Of a stretch of DNA of 64,000 nucleotides, positions 28,895 to 38,470 are shown piece after piece. A program made the translations under genes and the position numbers. This DNA comes from Candidatus Merdivicinus sp. (GTDB lineage: Bacteria > Bacillota > Clostridia > Oscillospirales > Ruminococcaceae): positions 35,703 through 99,702 of the forward strand of contig JBMNPH010000007.1 of NCBI GenBank assembly GCA_050943495.1, in the 5' to 3' direction. Below the pieces are notes generated by a model that saw only the letters and a list, made by a program, of their open reading frames with translations, was not told where the DNA came from and made no database searches. Within the stretch, counting starts at the first letter, position 1; the number at the start of each line of letters is the position of its first letter.

Positions 28895-30550
28895 TCAGTT
28901 ATCAAACGCGACCTTCTCAATGGAAAATTCGCGATCTTCTTTTCTGCAATAGGCGTTAAGATAAAGAGTCATTTCCCCACTGCCGGCAGCCAAAGCACCT
29001 TTTCGGCCAGTAGTTTTTGCATGCTCTCCAAAGACCGGTCCCAATAAAACACGATCCTTATTATTTTCCAATACAACTGTACCAGATGTCGGCATCAAAT
29101 TCATGCCAGCCTGCGCCATGCAGCGGAATCCCTCGCCTGTAATCAGGCAATTCGGACGAAGAGCCATTTCAATCCGGATCGGCACACGATCACAGGTTTC
29201 GGTATGCAAGCGGAAACGAATTCCATTTTCTGTCGGAATGGCATCCAGTACAATGGTCAGATGAGCAGGTTCTTTGCGTTTACGTTCGCAATGCTCCTTC
29301 TGCCACCACCAATCAGAGCTGGCTGGTTTCTCTTCCAGAGGCAGAAGATAATAACCATTTGCCTCATAATGCATCCGATAGCCGTCATCCGTTTTTTCAA
29401 TGCTGGTAAATATTGCATTTCGTGCATTAAAGAAATGACAATAAATCCGCATGGAACATTCGATGGAACCAAACATTCCGTAAAAGAAATTCTGACTGTC
29501 CCGCAGCAGCGACAAACTGATATCGTTGTTCAGAATACGAACAATTCCAGAGTTCTTGAAATAGCCGCTTTCCTGCACATAATAAGGAGAAGCACTTTCG
29601 GGCTCATCCAAATCCTGAAATTCAGGATGCAGTGCCATAAACTCTGCCATAGAAGTTTCCAGATCGCGTCCGCCATGGGAAATTGCCTGATAATAAAGCT
29701 TCATTGCGATTTCAAAGAAACCGGGATTGTTGTCAATCTTGCTCATTAACAGGTAATTGTCAACATAACGATCTGCCCATGCTTTCTGACCGTAATCCTG
29801 ACGGGTTGAGTTCATGGTAAACAGACTGCCGTCCGGCTCGATATAATGGCGCATCAGGTTTAGGTTCCGGATAACATAAGTATAAAATTCCGGACGGTTC
29901 AGATGCTCTGCCATCATAATCAAACCACGATTCGTGACAAGATTGTAAATTCCAGCGGAACGTTCCGCATACTCACCGTCTTCACTGCAGTCGATTCCTT
30001 CTTTGAGGAACCCTTCGATTGCATCCAGGTACTCCTGCTTACCAGTCAAACGATATACAATGGACAGGGCGCCACTATAAATCCAACGATGATTGGGCGT
30101 ATGGAATCCAGCATACATAACACCGTATGCGAGTTTTTCCATCAAATCCATCATTCTGGCACGAAAACGCTCAATTAAAACGGTATTTTGTTCACGATCC
30201 ATCAGGAGAATCGCTTCACCTAATGCCTGTGTTTCCGTACCGGCTGCCGTATAGAAATTGCAGTCGATATAATGCTTGGTGCCATCCGGATTCATATTGG
30301 TAAAGCAGAACTGAAAAGCCGCTTCCATCCGATCAAAAATGGAATCATCCTGATAATACCGAGAATACGGATTCATATAGAGCAGAACGCCGCTTGTAAT
30401 AATCAAGCATCCCTCATTGTACTCCACGATGTCTTCCATTACATGACGGACACCGCCATAAAATGGATCCGATGGATTCATTATCTGATGCCGCAGCATA
30501 TCCGCATATTGATCGTCTGCTCGATGAATGACTCTTTCGTAAATTTTCAT
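28895..30550 (-). CDS. Uncharacterised protein, paralog B of 25075-26706
   Basis: ATG at 30550 after an AGGTGA RBS. Carries the motifs FHTPNHRW, CSEDGEYAERSAGIYN and EPDGSLFTMNSTRQD. Confidence 0.8.
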   Translation of the reverse strand: MKIYERVIHRADDQYADMLRHQIMNPSDPFYGGVRHVMEDIVEYNEGCLIITSGVLLYMNPYSRYYQDDSIFDRMEAAFQFCFTNMNPDGTKHYIDCNFYTAAGTETQALGEAILLMDREQNTVLIERFRARMMDLMEKLAYGVMYAGFHTPNHRWIYSGALSIVYRLTGKQEYLDAIEGFLKEGIDCSEDGEYAERSAGIYNLVTNRGLIMMAEHLNRPEFYTYVIRNLNLMRHYIEPDGSLFTMNSTRQDYGQKAWADRYVDNYLLMSKIDNNPGFFEIAMKLYYQAISHGGRDLETSMAEFMALHPEFQDLDEPESASPYYVQESGYFKNSGIVRILNNDISLSLLRDSQNFFYGMFGSIECSMRIYCHFFNARNAIFTSIEKTDDGYRMHYEANGYYLLPLEEKPASSDWWWQKEHCERKRKEPAHLTIVLDAIPTENGIRFRLHTETCDRVPIRIEMALRPNCLITGEGFRCMAQAGMNLMPTSGTVVLENNKDRVLLGPVFGEHAKTTGRKGALAAGSGEMTLYLNAYCRKEDREFSIEKVAFDN

Positions 30551-30581
30551 CTTAATCACCTGCAACTTTAATGGATAAAAG

Positions 30582-31475
30582 TTATCCCTTAATGGAACCG
30601 ATTGCCATACCTTTTACAAAATACTTCTGCAGGAAGGGATACATAATCAGAATCGGAATGGTTGCGAAAATCAGGCATGCGGATTTCAGGGTTTCGGTTT
30701 CTAGATAACTGCCCTGATTCTGCATCATTTCCTCAACATCCATTACCATCTGGTTCTGCGCAATAATCTGCTGCAGCCGCATCTGCAAGGTTTGGAGATT
30801 GGGATTCTGAATGTAATAAAGAATATCCGAATATCCGTTCCAACGGGATACACCATAGAACAATGCCATCGTCGCCAAAACTGGCTTTGACAGCGGCAGC
30901 ACAATGCTGACCAACGCACGGATTTCTGATCCACCATCAATCTTAATAGATTCAACTAAGCTGTCCGGAATTCCATTAAAGAAGGAACGCATAACAATCA
31001 AATTATAAACGGAAATAGCACCCGGAATTGTAATTGACCAAATTGTATCCAACAAGCCAAGATTCTGAATCAACAGATAGCTAGGAATTGTACCACCGCT
31101 GAAATACATGGTAATCAGAATGAAAATTGTCATCCATTTCCGCCATTTAAAATTCTTTCTGGAAAGCGGATATGCCATTGCAACCGTCATTGTCAGGCTG
31201 ATTGCGACCTGCATGAGGGTCAGGAAAATACTGAACCACAATGACCGCATCATCTGAGGGTCTTTGAATATCTTTTTATAGGCTTCTAAAGTTGTATTTA
31301 CTGGAAGCACACCGACTGCACCTGAATTAACTGCCTGGCTGTCACTCAAAGAGGTCGCCAATACATGCAGGAATGGCAGAATGCAGATAATTGCAGTGAT
31401 TGCAACAAATACAACCAAAATGCCCTCGAAAATGTAGTCAAAGCGACTCATTTTCATGCCATTTTCTTTTTCCAT
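30582..31475 (-). CDS. Carbohydrate ABC transporter permease (LplC/YtcP type)
   Basis: Six TM segments and an EAA-like loop (IDGGSEIRALVSIVLPLSKP). AAGGGGAG RBS. Confidence 0.85.
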   Translation of the reverse strand: MEKENGMKMSRFDYIFEGILVVFVAITAIICILPFLHVLATSLSDSQAVNSGAVGVLPVNTTLEAYKKIFKDPQMMRSLWFSIFLTLMQVAISLTMTVAMAYPLSRKNFKWRKWMTIFILITMYFSGGTIPSYLLIQNLGLLDTIWSITIPGAISVYNLIVMRSFFNGIPDSLVESIKIDGGSEIRALVSIVLPLSKPVLATMALFYGVSRWNGYSDILYYIQNPNLQTLQMRLQQIIAQNQMVMDVEEMMQNQGSYLETETLKSACLIFATIPILIMYPFLQKYFVKGMAIGSIKG

Positions 31476-31490
31476 AAAAATTTTCTCCCC

Positions 31491-32438
31491 TTACCACAGA
31501 ATACCTTCGTCATTCATCTTTCTGGAAATAAAGTTCGTACTGGTAACCAGAATAATCGTGACGACTGACTGGAACAATCCCGCTGCCGTCGAAATATTGT
31601 ACCGTAAGCTCTGGATACCGACACGGTACACATAAGTCGCAATAACATCGGAAATTTCGGAAACGTAGGGATTGGTTAATGCGTACATTTTTTCAAATCC
31701 TACATCCAGCAAACCGCCGAGTCCCAACACAAATACAATAGCAATTGTCGGGAATATGGTGGGAAGTGTAATATACCAGATGCCGCGAAGACGACCACAG
31801 CCGTCTACTTTTGCAGCCTCAAAAATTTCGGGATTTACGTTTGTCAATGCAGCCAAATAGATAATGGTTCCCCAACCAGCGCCTTTCCATACGCCGGTGA
31901 ACAAGAACATTCCAATCCAAGAACTTTTCTCTGTCAGGAATGAAATCCGTTCCATACCCATTGCTGCCAAAATATTATTTACAAAACCGTGAGCCGAAAA
32001 CAATTGAATAATTAAACCGCCAACAATAACCCAAGATAAAAAGTGGGGAAGATACAAAATCGACTGCGTAATCTTTTTAAAATATTTCAGCCGAATTTCA
32101 TTTAGCATTAAAGCCAAAATAATCGGTGCAGGAGTATCCAACAGGAATTCTCCCAAACTCAGTAAGACAGTATTGCGAAGGGCATTTATAAAATCGGCAC
32201 TGGAAAAAAGTTCTTTAAAAATTTCAAAGCCGATAAACTCACTTCCAAATACACCTTGGAAAATGTTATAATCCTGGAACGCGATGACAATTCCAAACAT
32301 TGGAATGTATTTAAAAATGATAAAATAAACAATTGGCACCAGCACCAGAAGGTACAGTCCAATATCCGTTCTTTTCAAATGCACCAGTCTCTCTTTTAGA
32401 GAGGGTTTTGTTTTGACAACCTCCATGGTGTCCCACAT
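31491..32438 (-). CDS. Carbohydrate ABC transporter permease (LplB/YteP type)
   Basis: The N-terminal LYLLVLVPIVYFIIFKYIPMFGIVIAFQDYN and the EAA loop (VDGCGRLRGIWYITLP) are typical of this permease class. The start could be 32426. Confidence 0.85.
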   Translation of the reverse strand: MWDTMEVVKTKPSLKERLVHLKRTDIGLYLLVLVPIVYFIIFKYIPMFGIVIAFQDYNIFQGVFGSEFIGFEIFKELFSSADFINALRNTVLLSLGEFLLDTPAPIILALMLNEIRLKYFKKITQSILYLPHFLSWVIVGGLIIQLFSAHGFVNNILAAMGMERISFLTEKSSWIGMFLFTGVWKGAGWGTIIYLAALTNVNPEIFEAAKVDGCGRLRGIWYITLPTIFPTIAIVFVLGLGGLLDVGFEKMYALTNPYVSEISDVIATYVYRVGIQSLRYNISTAAGLFQSVVTIILVTSTNFISRKMNDEGILW

Positions 32439-32454
32439 CCTTTTCTAGTAATCA

Positions 32455-32484
32455 TAAGAGAAAGGGGCGTATGGGATACGCCCC
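32455..32484 (-). terminator. Hairpin with U-tract directly after SBP gene 1 (partial terminator / mRNA stabiliser)
   Basis: On the minus strand, GGGGCGUA-UCCCA-UACGCCCC is followed by UUUCUCUU. Confidence 0.5.
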
Positions 32485-32500
32485 CCGTAATGCCTCAGAA

Positions 32501-34198
32501 TTATTTCATATGTTCATTGTAGTAAGCTGTTTTTTCATCAATGATAGCCTGGCCACCAGCCTGCAGATACTGATCCAAAATCTGCTGATAAGTTGCTTCA
32601 AACTGATCTGCCGGTGCGGTAATAATCTTTACATAGCCATCCTCATAAATCTTATTGAGGTTAACTTGATATTTGGAAACAGAATCCATTGGTTCTTCAT
32701 AGTTCGGGAATTCACGCAGGTCGACAAATCCGTCTACCAGAGAGTTATCCATTGCTGCCTGATAGTCTTTTACAACTTCCGCTGCTCTATCCGGATCAGG
32801 CTGCTTGTCGATAGAGAGCCATGTTGCGCCTGCATTGTAAACTCTCAATTTTGCTTCGTTCTCGTAAGTGTTCTCCGGATGCGCATCCAGGATATAGAAG
32901 TCAATACCACCCCAAGTACGGCGAGTCTTCCACTCATCCGGACGATCTTCGGTAGGAATTGAAAGACGAAGTCCATCTTCGCTGTACTGCCAATGTACTC
33001 CTTCTACGCCGTTAATCATCATGGTTGCAACTTCTGGCTGTGCCTGCCACTCAAAATACTGCATAGCAAGATCCGGCACTTCGCTGAAGGACGGTACAAT
33101 GTTAAACATAGAGTAATCCGGATAAATATTCTTCAGATGTTTACCTTCTGCATTTTCAAACGGATCGATGACAGTGACATCCGATTCCGGAACGTTTTTG
33201 TACATAGTTTTTGCTTCATCAGATGTAATCAGGTTTGCTGTCAGAGAACGGCTGGAACCCCATGCACCTGTAGAAACAGCCTGTTTGTACATGGTATCAT
33301 TCTGATCCAATGCAAATTCCGGATTGATGAGTCCTTCATTATACATCTGGTTCAAGAACTGCATACCATCTTTCCAACCAGGAAGCATCATGTAAGGCAG
33401 AGTGAAATCCTGTTCTTCTGTCATGTTCGGATCAACAAAAGACCAAAGAATGGTATGAATTTCACTGGGCTTGGACTTAATCAGGAATGGATAGTTCTTT
33501 TCACCCAAATTGCCAGGATCCTGCTCTTTAAAGGTCTTCATGGCATTGTACCATTCTTCACGGGTAGTAGGCGCATCCAATCCGCATGCATCCAACCAGT
33601 CCTGACGAATAACGGTGACATGGTTAGCAGTATGTTTTCTCTGGCCAACGATAGAAATCAATTCACCATTGCATTTGCCATAATCTACAACATCGCCCAA
33701 TTTTGCCTGCAGATTCGGGCACTGATCGTACCACTCATCCAATGCAGCAAGGCCGCCCTGCGTAGCATACTGGAAAACAAGGTCACGATTATAAGTAAAG
33801 CAAACATCCGGGGCAGACTTAGATGCCATTAAAACATTCAGTTTGTCTACTTCCTCAGAACGGGGAACTAAAACAAATTCAATATCTGCATTTGCATATT
33901 CGCCAAAGCTTTCCCGCATATAATCGGTGAGATAGTTATTATCACAGGTCTCTCCATTTTCCGAAATACCACGGTCGAACAGTTCAACTTTCAAAGTACG
34001 GCGTTCATCACTGCGCAGAGGATTAACAGCAGTACTGGAATCAGAGGAACTTTCTGTTCCAGATGTAGAAGTTGTATTAGATTCTGTAGTGGAGGCAGTA
34101 CTGGAAGCACCATCTTCCGAACAGGATGCCAATACGGATGTTGCCAAAACCATTGCCATTAAAATACTGGCAGTTTTTGCAAATTTGTTGCGGGACAT
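32501..34198 (-). CDS. Extracellular solute-binding lipoprotein, large LplA-type sugar SBP (paralog 1 of 3)
   Basis: Lipobox VLASC, S/T-rich linker, 565 aa, AAGGAG RBS. Colinear with the two upstream paralogs. Confidence 0.88.
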   Translation of the reverse strand: MSRNKFAKTASILMAMVLATSVLASCSEDGASSTASTTESNTTSTSGTESSSDSSTAVNPLRSDERRTLKVELFDRGISENGETCDNNYLTDYMRESFGEYANADIEFVLVPRSEEVDKLNVLMASKSAPDVCFTYNRDLVFQYATQGGLAALDEWYDQCPNLQAKLGDVVDYGKCNGELISIVGQRKHTANHVTVIRQDWLDACGLDAPTTREEWYNAMKTFKEQDPGNLGEKNYPFLIKSKPSEIHTILWSFVDPNMTEEQDFTLPYMMLPGWKDGMQFLNQMYNEGLINPEFALDQNDTMYKQAVSTGAWGSSRSLTANLITSDEAKTMYKNVPESDVTVIDPFENAEGKHLKNIYPDYSMFNIVPSFSEVPDLAMQYFEWQAQPEVATMMINGVEGVHWQYSEDGLRLSIPTEDRPDEWKTRRTWGGIDFYILDAHPENTYENEAKLRVYNAGATWLSIDKQPDPDRAAEVVKDYQAAMDNSLVDGFVDLREFPNYEEPMDSVSKYQVNLNKIYEDGYVKIITAPADQFEATYQQILDQYLQAGGQAIIDEKTAYYNEHMK

Positions 34199-34296
34199 AG
34201 ATACATCTCCTTCAATATTCTTTCATCAATATCACACGAGATCCGACTGCTGATTTGTAAAAATATATCTGCAGATGATGGATAGCGTATGTCCAA

Positions 34297-34325
34297 ATTA
34301 TAGAATATTTTTGAAGGAATGGCAA
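34297..34325 (-). promoter_or_regulatory. Own promoter of SBP paralog 1 (TTGCCA-17-TATAAT)
   Basis: Forward tggcaa at 34320-34325 and attata at 34297-34302, 17-nt spacing. Confidence 0.55.
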
Positions 34326-34431
34326 GCTTCAATTTTTTCCAGCATGAGGAACCCATCATTTTTTTACATCAGATCTGATATGCCATTACTTTTTTACAAA
34401 ATAATGGCATATCTTTTAAGATTTGACAAAA

Positions 34432-36123
34432 TTAGGGGTTCAGTTCTTTGAAATACTCAGTTTTTTCATCAATAATTGCCTGTCCGCCAGCCTGCAGATA
34501 TTGATCTACAATTTGTTGATAGGTTGCTTCAAATTGATCTGCTGGAGCCGTCACAATTTTAACAAATCCGTCATCATAAATCTTATTCAAATTAATCTGA
34601 TATTTGGAAACAGAGTCCAAAGGTTTCTCATACAAAGGATTCTCGCGAATATCTACAAATCCATCTACCAGAGAACTATTAAGAGCATCCTCATAATCTT
34701 TGGTAACTTCTTCTGCTCTTTCAGGATCTGGTTCTTTGTCAATGGAAAGATAGCCTGCTTTGCAATTATATACCCGCAGGAATGCTTCATTTTCATAAGT
34801 ATTATCCGGCGGTGCATCCAGAGGATAGAAGTCTGTTCCGGACCATGTCTTTACACCTTGCCATTCAGCCGGTCTGTCTTCATCCGGGATTGTGACTCGC
34901 AAGCCATCTTCATTATACTCCCAATGAATTCCCTCTATACCATTTAAAAGGCGAGTTGCGACATCCAAATCGGACAGCCATTCAAAATACTGCATCGCCA
35001 AATCCGGAACTTCACTTGCCGCCGGGATAAAATTCAACAGAGAATAATCCGGATAAACATTCTTTAAGTGTTTTCCTTCTGCATTTTCAAATGGATCAAT
35101 TACCGTCACATCGGACTCCGGAATGTTCTTATACATGGTCTTTGCTTCATCCGAATTGATCAGGTCACCAGTCAAACCTCTTCCAGAGCCCCATGCACCT
35201 GTCGAGACTGCTTGTTTATACATGGTATTATTGCTGTCCAATGCAAACTCCGGATTGATGAGTCCTTCATTATACATCTGATTCAAGAACTGCATACCAT
35301 CTTTCCAGCCAGGAAGAAGCAGCCATGGAAGAGTAAAATCTTCTTCCTCTGTTAAATCTGGATCAACAAAAGACCAAAGGATCGCATTTACTTCCGTACC
35401 AGAACCTTTCAGCAGGAATGGATAATTCTTTTCGCCCAAATTGCCAGGATCTTCCTCTTTAAAAGTTTTCATGGCATTATACCATTCTTCACGCGTCGTT
35501 GGTGCTTCCAACCCACAAGCATCCAACCAGTCCTGACGAATTACTGTGACATGCTGTGCCGTATGTTTCCGCAAACCAGGAATTGCAATAATTTCCCCGT
35601 TGCATTGTCCATACTTAATGTTATCTCCCAATTTTTCCTGCAGCAAAGGACATTCCGTATAATAATCATCCAGAACTGTCAAGCCACCCTGCGTAGCATA
35701 CTGATATACAAGGTCACGATTATAAGTAAAGCAAATATCTGGTGCAGATTTCGAAGCCATCAGCACATTCAGTTTATCGACTTCCTCGGAGCGTGGAACC
35801 AAAACAAACTCAATATCCGCATTAGCATATTCACCAAAGCTTTCCCGCATAAAATCAATTGTATAGTTATTATCGCAGGTTGCGTCACCCTCAACAACTC
35901 CACGATCAAATAACTCTACTTTTAATGTGCGGCGCTCATCGCTTCGATTCGGATTTGCTGTTGAAGCAGTTCCCTCAGAAGTTGTGGATGCTTCTGTATT
36001 CGCTGATGCAACACTAGATTCACTGTTTTCCGTGCCATTTGATGTACAAGAGGCCATTGCAGAAGCGGAAAGAAGCATAGCCATCAGAATGCTGGCCGTT
36101 TTCGCTGCTTTGTTCTGAAACAT
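34432..36123 (-). CDS. Extracellular solute-binding lipoprotein, LplA-type (paralog 2 of 3)
   Basis: Lipobox AMASC, S/T-rich linker, 563 aa. Roughly three quarters identical to paralog 1 by eye. Confidence 0.88.
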   Translation of the reverse strand: MFQNKAAKTASILMAMLLSASAMASCTSNGTENSESSVASANTEASTTSEGTASTANPNRSDERRTLKVELFDRGVVEGDATCDNNYTIDFMRESFGEYANADIEFVLVPRSEEVDKLNVLMASKSAPDICFTYNRDLVYQYATQGGLTVLDDYYTECPLLQEKLGDNIKYGQCNGEIIAIPGLRKHTAQHVTVIRQDWLDACGLEAPTTREEWYNAMKTFKEEDPGNLGEKNYPFLLKGSGTEVNAILWSFVDPDLTEEEDFTLPWLLLPGWKDGMQFLNQMYNEGLINPEFALDSNNTMYKQAVSTGAWGSGRGLTGDLINSDEAKTMYKNIPESDVTVIDPFENAEGKHLKNVYPDYSLLNFIPAASEVPDLAMQYFEWLSDLDVATRLLNGIEGIHWEYNEDGLRVTIPDEDRPAEWQGVKTWSGTDFYPLDAPPDNTYENEAFLRVYNCKAGYLSIDKEPDPERAEEVTKDYEDALNSSLVDGFVDIRENPLYEKPLDSVSKYQINLNKIYDDGFVKIVTAPADQFEATYQQIVDQYLQAGGQAIIDEKTEYFKELNP

Positions 36124-36203
36124 TATAAAGTCATCTCCTTATCCAAAATAACACATTCCCACATTTTTTCATAACATTTATGTGATTTTTTGTGTATGTG
36201 ATA

Positions 36204-36232
36204 AGTATAATGATCTTCTTCTTATATTTCAA
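36204..36232 (-). promoter_or_regulatory. Own promoter of SBP paralog 2 (TTGAAA-17-TATACT)
   Basis: Forward tttcaa at 36227-36232 and agtata at 36204-36209, 17-nt spacing. Confidence 0.5.
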
Positions 36233-36444
36233 CCTTCAATATTTTACGTCAGCAGCCTTCTTGAAAGCATCTTGTAAAAAAATAACCTTTTACGAAAATA
36301 TGACATCTAAAACTTATATAAACCTTGTAAGAAGATTGTTCATTTTTTATAATTAATTTTAAAAATTAATTTGTTAGGAAATGAATGTAACACATTCATT
36401 TTTTACACTCATTTCCTATTTTTCTATCATTTTTTTACAAAAAA

Positions 36445-38154
36445 TTAAGAATGAAGTTCCTGATAATAAGCAGTCTTTTCATCAATAATTGCTTGGCCGC
36501 CTGACTGTAAATATTGGTCAACAATCTGCTGGTAGACTGCCTCAAATTCATCCGGTGCAGCAGTTATAATTTTCACATAGCCGTCCGCATAAATCTTATC
36601 CAGATTCACCTGATATTTGGAAACAGAATCCAATACTTTGTCGTAACTGGGATACAGACGATTATCCACAAACATATCCTTAATAGAACTTTCCATGGAT
36701 ATCACACTTTGTTCTGTTTCATATTCGACTAACTCTGGATTATCCGGAAATTCATCGCTAAATGCTACATAAGTGGATATTGCTCGCAATTCATACTGTT
36801 CCGCTAAGGCATTTTCCGGATCCAAAGTAATATCGGGATGAGCATCCAACAAATACCAGTCTTTTTGATGCCATGTTTGACGGCCACGCCATTCTTCAGG
36901 CTGTTCAGCGTCGGAAAGAGGCACACGATATCCGTTTTCATCATATTTCCAATGAATTCCTTCAATACCATCGATTAAACGAGTGGCAACCTCAGGCTGC
37001 GCCATCCATTCAAAATATTGCATAGCAAGATCCGGCACTTCACTGAAGGAAGGAACAAAGTTAAACAAAGAATAAACTGGATTTCCTGATTTTTTTACTT
37101 CTCCTGCTTCATTTACAAAGGGATCGATGACTGTAACACGTGTTTCCGGGATATTTTTATATGTATCAAAACCTTCTCCACCTGCAAAAAATCTTGATGT
37201 CAAGCCTCTTGCAGAGCCCCATGCACCTGTTGTAATCGCTTGCTTATACATCGTATTATTCTGATCCAAGGCAAACTCCGGATTAATCAATCCTTCATTA
37301 TATAATTGATTCAGGAACTGCATGCCATCTTTCCATCCTGGAAGAAGCAGCCACGGCAGTGTAAAATCTTCTTCCTCTGTCAAATCTGGATCTACAAAAG
37401 ACCAAATAATATCTTGTATCTCCTTATGATCCGTACGGATTACAAATGGATAATTCAATTCGCCTAAATTGCCTGGGTCCTTTTCTTTAAATACTTTTAA
37501 AGTATTATACCATTCCTCGGTTGTAGTCGGAGCTTCCAGACCGCAGGCATCCAACCAATCCTGTCGAATTACAGTAGAATATTGACCACGGAAAGATTTT
37601 AGTCCGGGAATCGCAACGATTTCTCCTTCACATTTTGCATAATCGATCGCATCACCTAACTTTGCCTGCAATAAAGGAGCATCTTTATAATATTGGTCTA
37701 AAGGAGTTAATCCTCCTTGCGTTGCATATTGAAAAAGCACATTACGGTCATATGTACAACAGACATCCGGTGCTGATTTTGAAGCCATCAAAACGTTTAA
37801 TTTATCATCCCGGGATCCATTGGGAACCAATACAAACTCTATATCTGCATTGGCATATTCGCCGAAGCTTTCCCTCATAAAATCAGTAGTATAATTGTTA
37901 TCACAAGTAGCATCACCATCGGTTATACCACGATCAAATAATTCTACTTTCAATGTTCGGCGTTCATCGCTGCGCAAAGGGTTGGCATTAGAGGATTCCG
38001 TTGAAGATGTTTCCTCGGAAGAAGCTGTCGAGGAATCAGTACTAGATTCCGTCTGACTTTCCCCATTGGAACCACAGGAAGCCAGCATGGATGCTGCTAA
38101 AATTGCTGTCAGAAGAAGACTAAAAACTTTTTTGGATCCTTTCCTATAATACAT
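36445..38154 (-). CDS. Extracellular solute-binding lipoprotein, LplA-type (paralog 3 of 3, most divergent)
   Basis: Lipobox MLASC, S/T-rich linker, 569 aa. Shares RSDERRTLKVELFDRG, LPGWKDGMQFLNQ and VPDLAMQYFEW with the other two. Confidence 0.88.
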   Translation of the reverse strand: MYYRKGSKKVFSLLLTAILAASMLASCGSNGESQTESSTDSSTASSEETSSTESSNANPLRSDERRTLKVELFDRGITDGDATCDNNYTTDFMRESFGEYANADIEFVLVPNGSRDDKLNVLMASKSAPDVCCTYDRNVLFQYATQGGLTPLDQYYKDAPLLQAKLGDAIDYAKCEGEIVAIPGLKSFRGQYSTVIRQDWLDACGLEAPTTTEEWYNTLKVFKEKDPGNLGELNYPFVIRTDHKEIQDIIWSFVDPDLTEEEDFTLPWLLLPGWKDGMQFLNQLYNEGLINPEFALDQNNTMYKQAITTGAWGSARGLTSRFFAGGEGFDTYKNIPETRVTVIDPFVNEAGEVKKSGNPVYSLFNFVPSFSEVPDLAMQYFEWMAQPEVATRLIDGIEGIHWKYDENGYRVPLSDAEQPEEWRGRQTWHQKDWYLLDAHPDITLDPENALAEQYELRAISTYVAFSDEFPDNPELVEYETEQSVISMESSIKDMFVDNRLYPSYDKVLDSVSKYQVNLDKIYADGYVKIITAAPDEFEAVYQQIVDQYLQSGGQAIIDEKTAYYQELHS

Positions 38155-38217
38155 AACTACAACTCCTTTGACTCTTTTACATTTTTTTTGATTTGCTTGA
38201 TGTTTTGATTATAAACG

Positions 38218-38246
38218 TCGAAATTCTGAAATTCAATCTTCACAAT
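38218..38246 (-). promoter_or_regulatory. Own promoter of SBP paralog 3 (TTGAAT-17-TATAAT)
   Basis: Forward attcaa at 38241-38246 and attata at 38218-38223, 17-nt spacing. Confidence 0.55.
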
Positions 38247-38418
38247 TTATTGAGGTGAAGTGAAATCATACAAATCATCAAATATTGAAGTGCAAATTTT
38301 TACAGTTTTGGTAAAAAGGCCGCTATCATGGGCTTTTTTTGCAGATTAAAATTGTAAAAAATAATTTTGCTTCTTCATCGAAACAATCATATTTTGACAG
38401 GATAACCATCATTTTTTG

Positions 38419-38458
38419 TCAAAAAAATGCCTGTTTCAGCTCTCAACTGAAACAGGCA
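38419..38458 (-). terminator. Intrinsic terminator of the AraC-type sensor gene
   Basis: On the minus strand, UGCCUGUUUCAG-UUGAGAG-CUGAAACAGGCA is followed by seven U. Confidence 0.85.
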
Positions 38459-38470
38459 AATGCGATTTTT

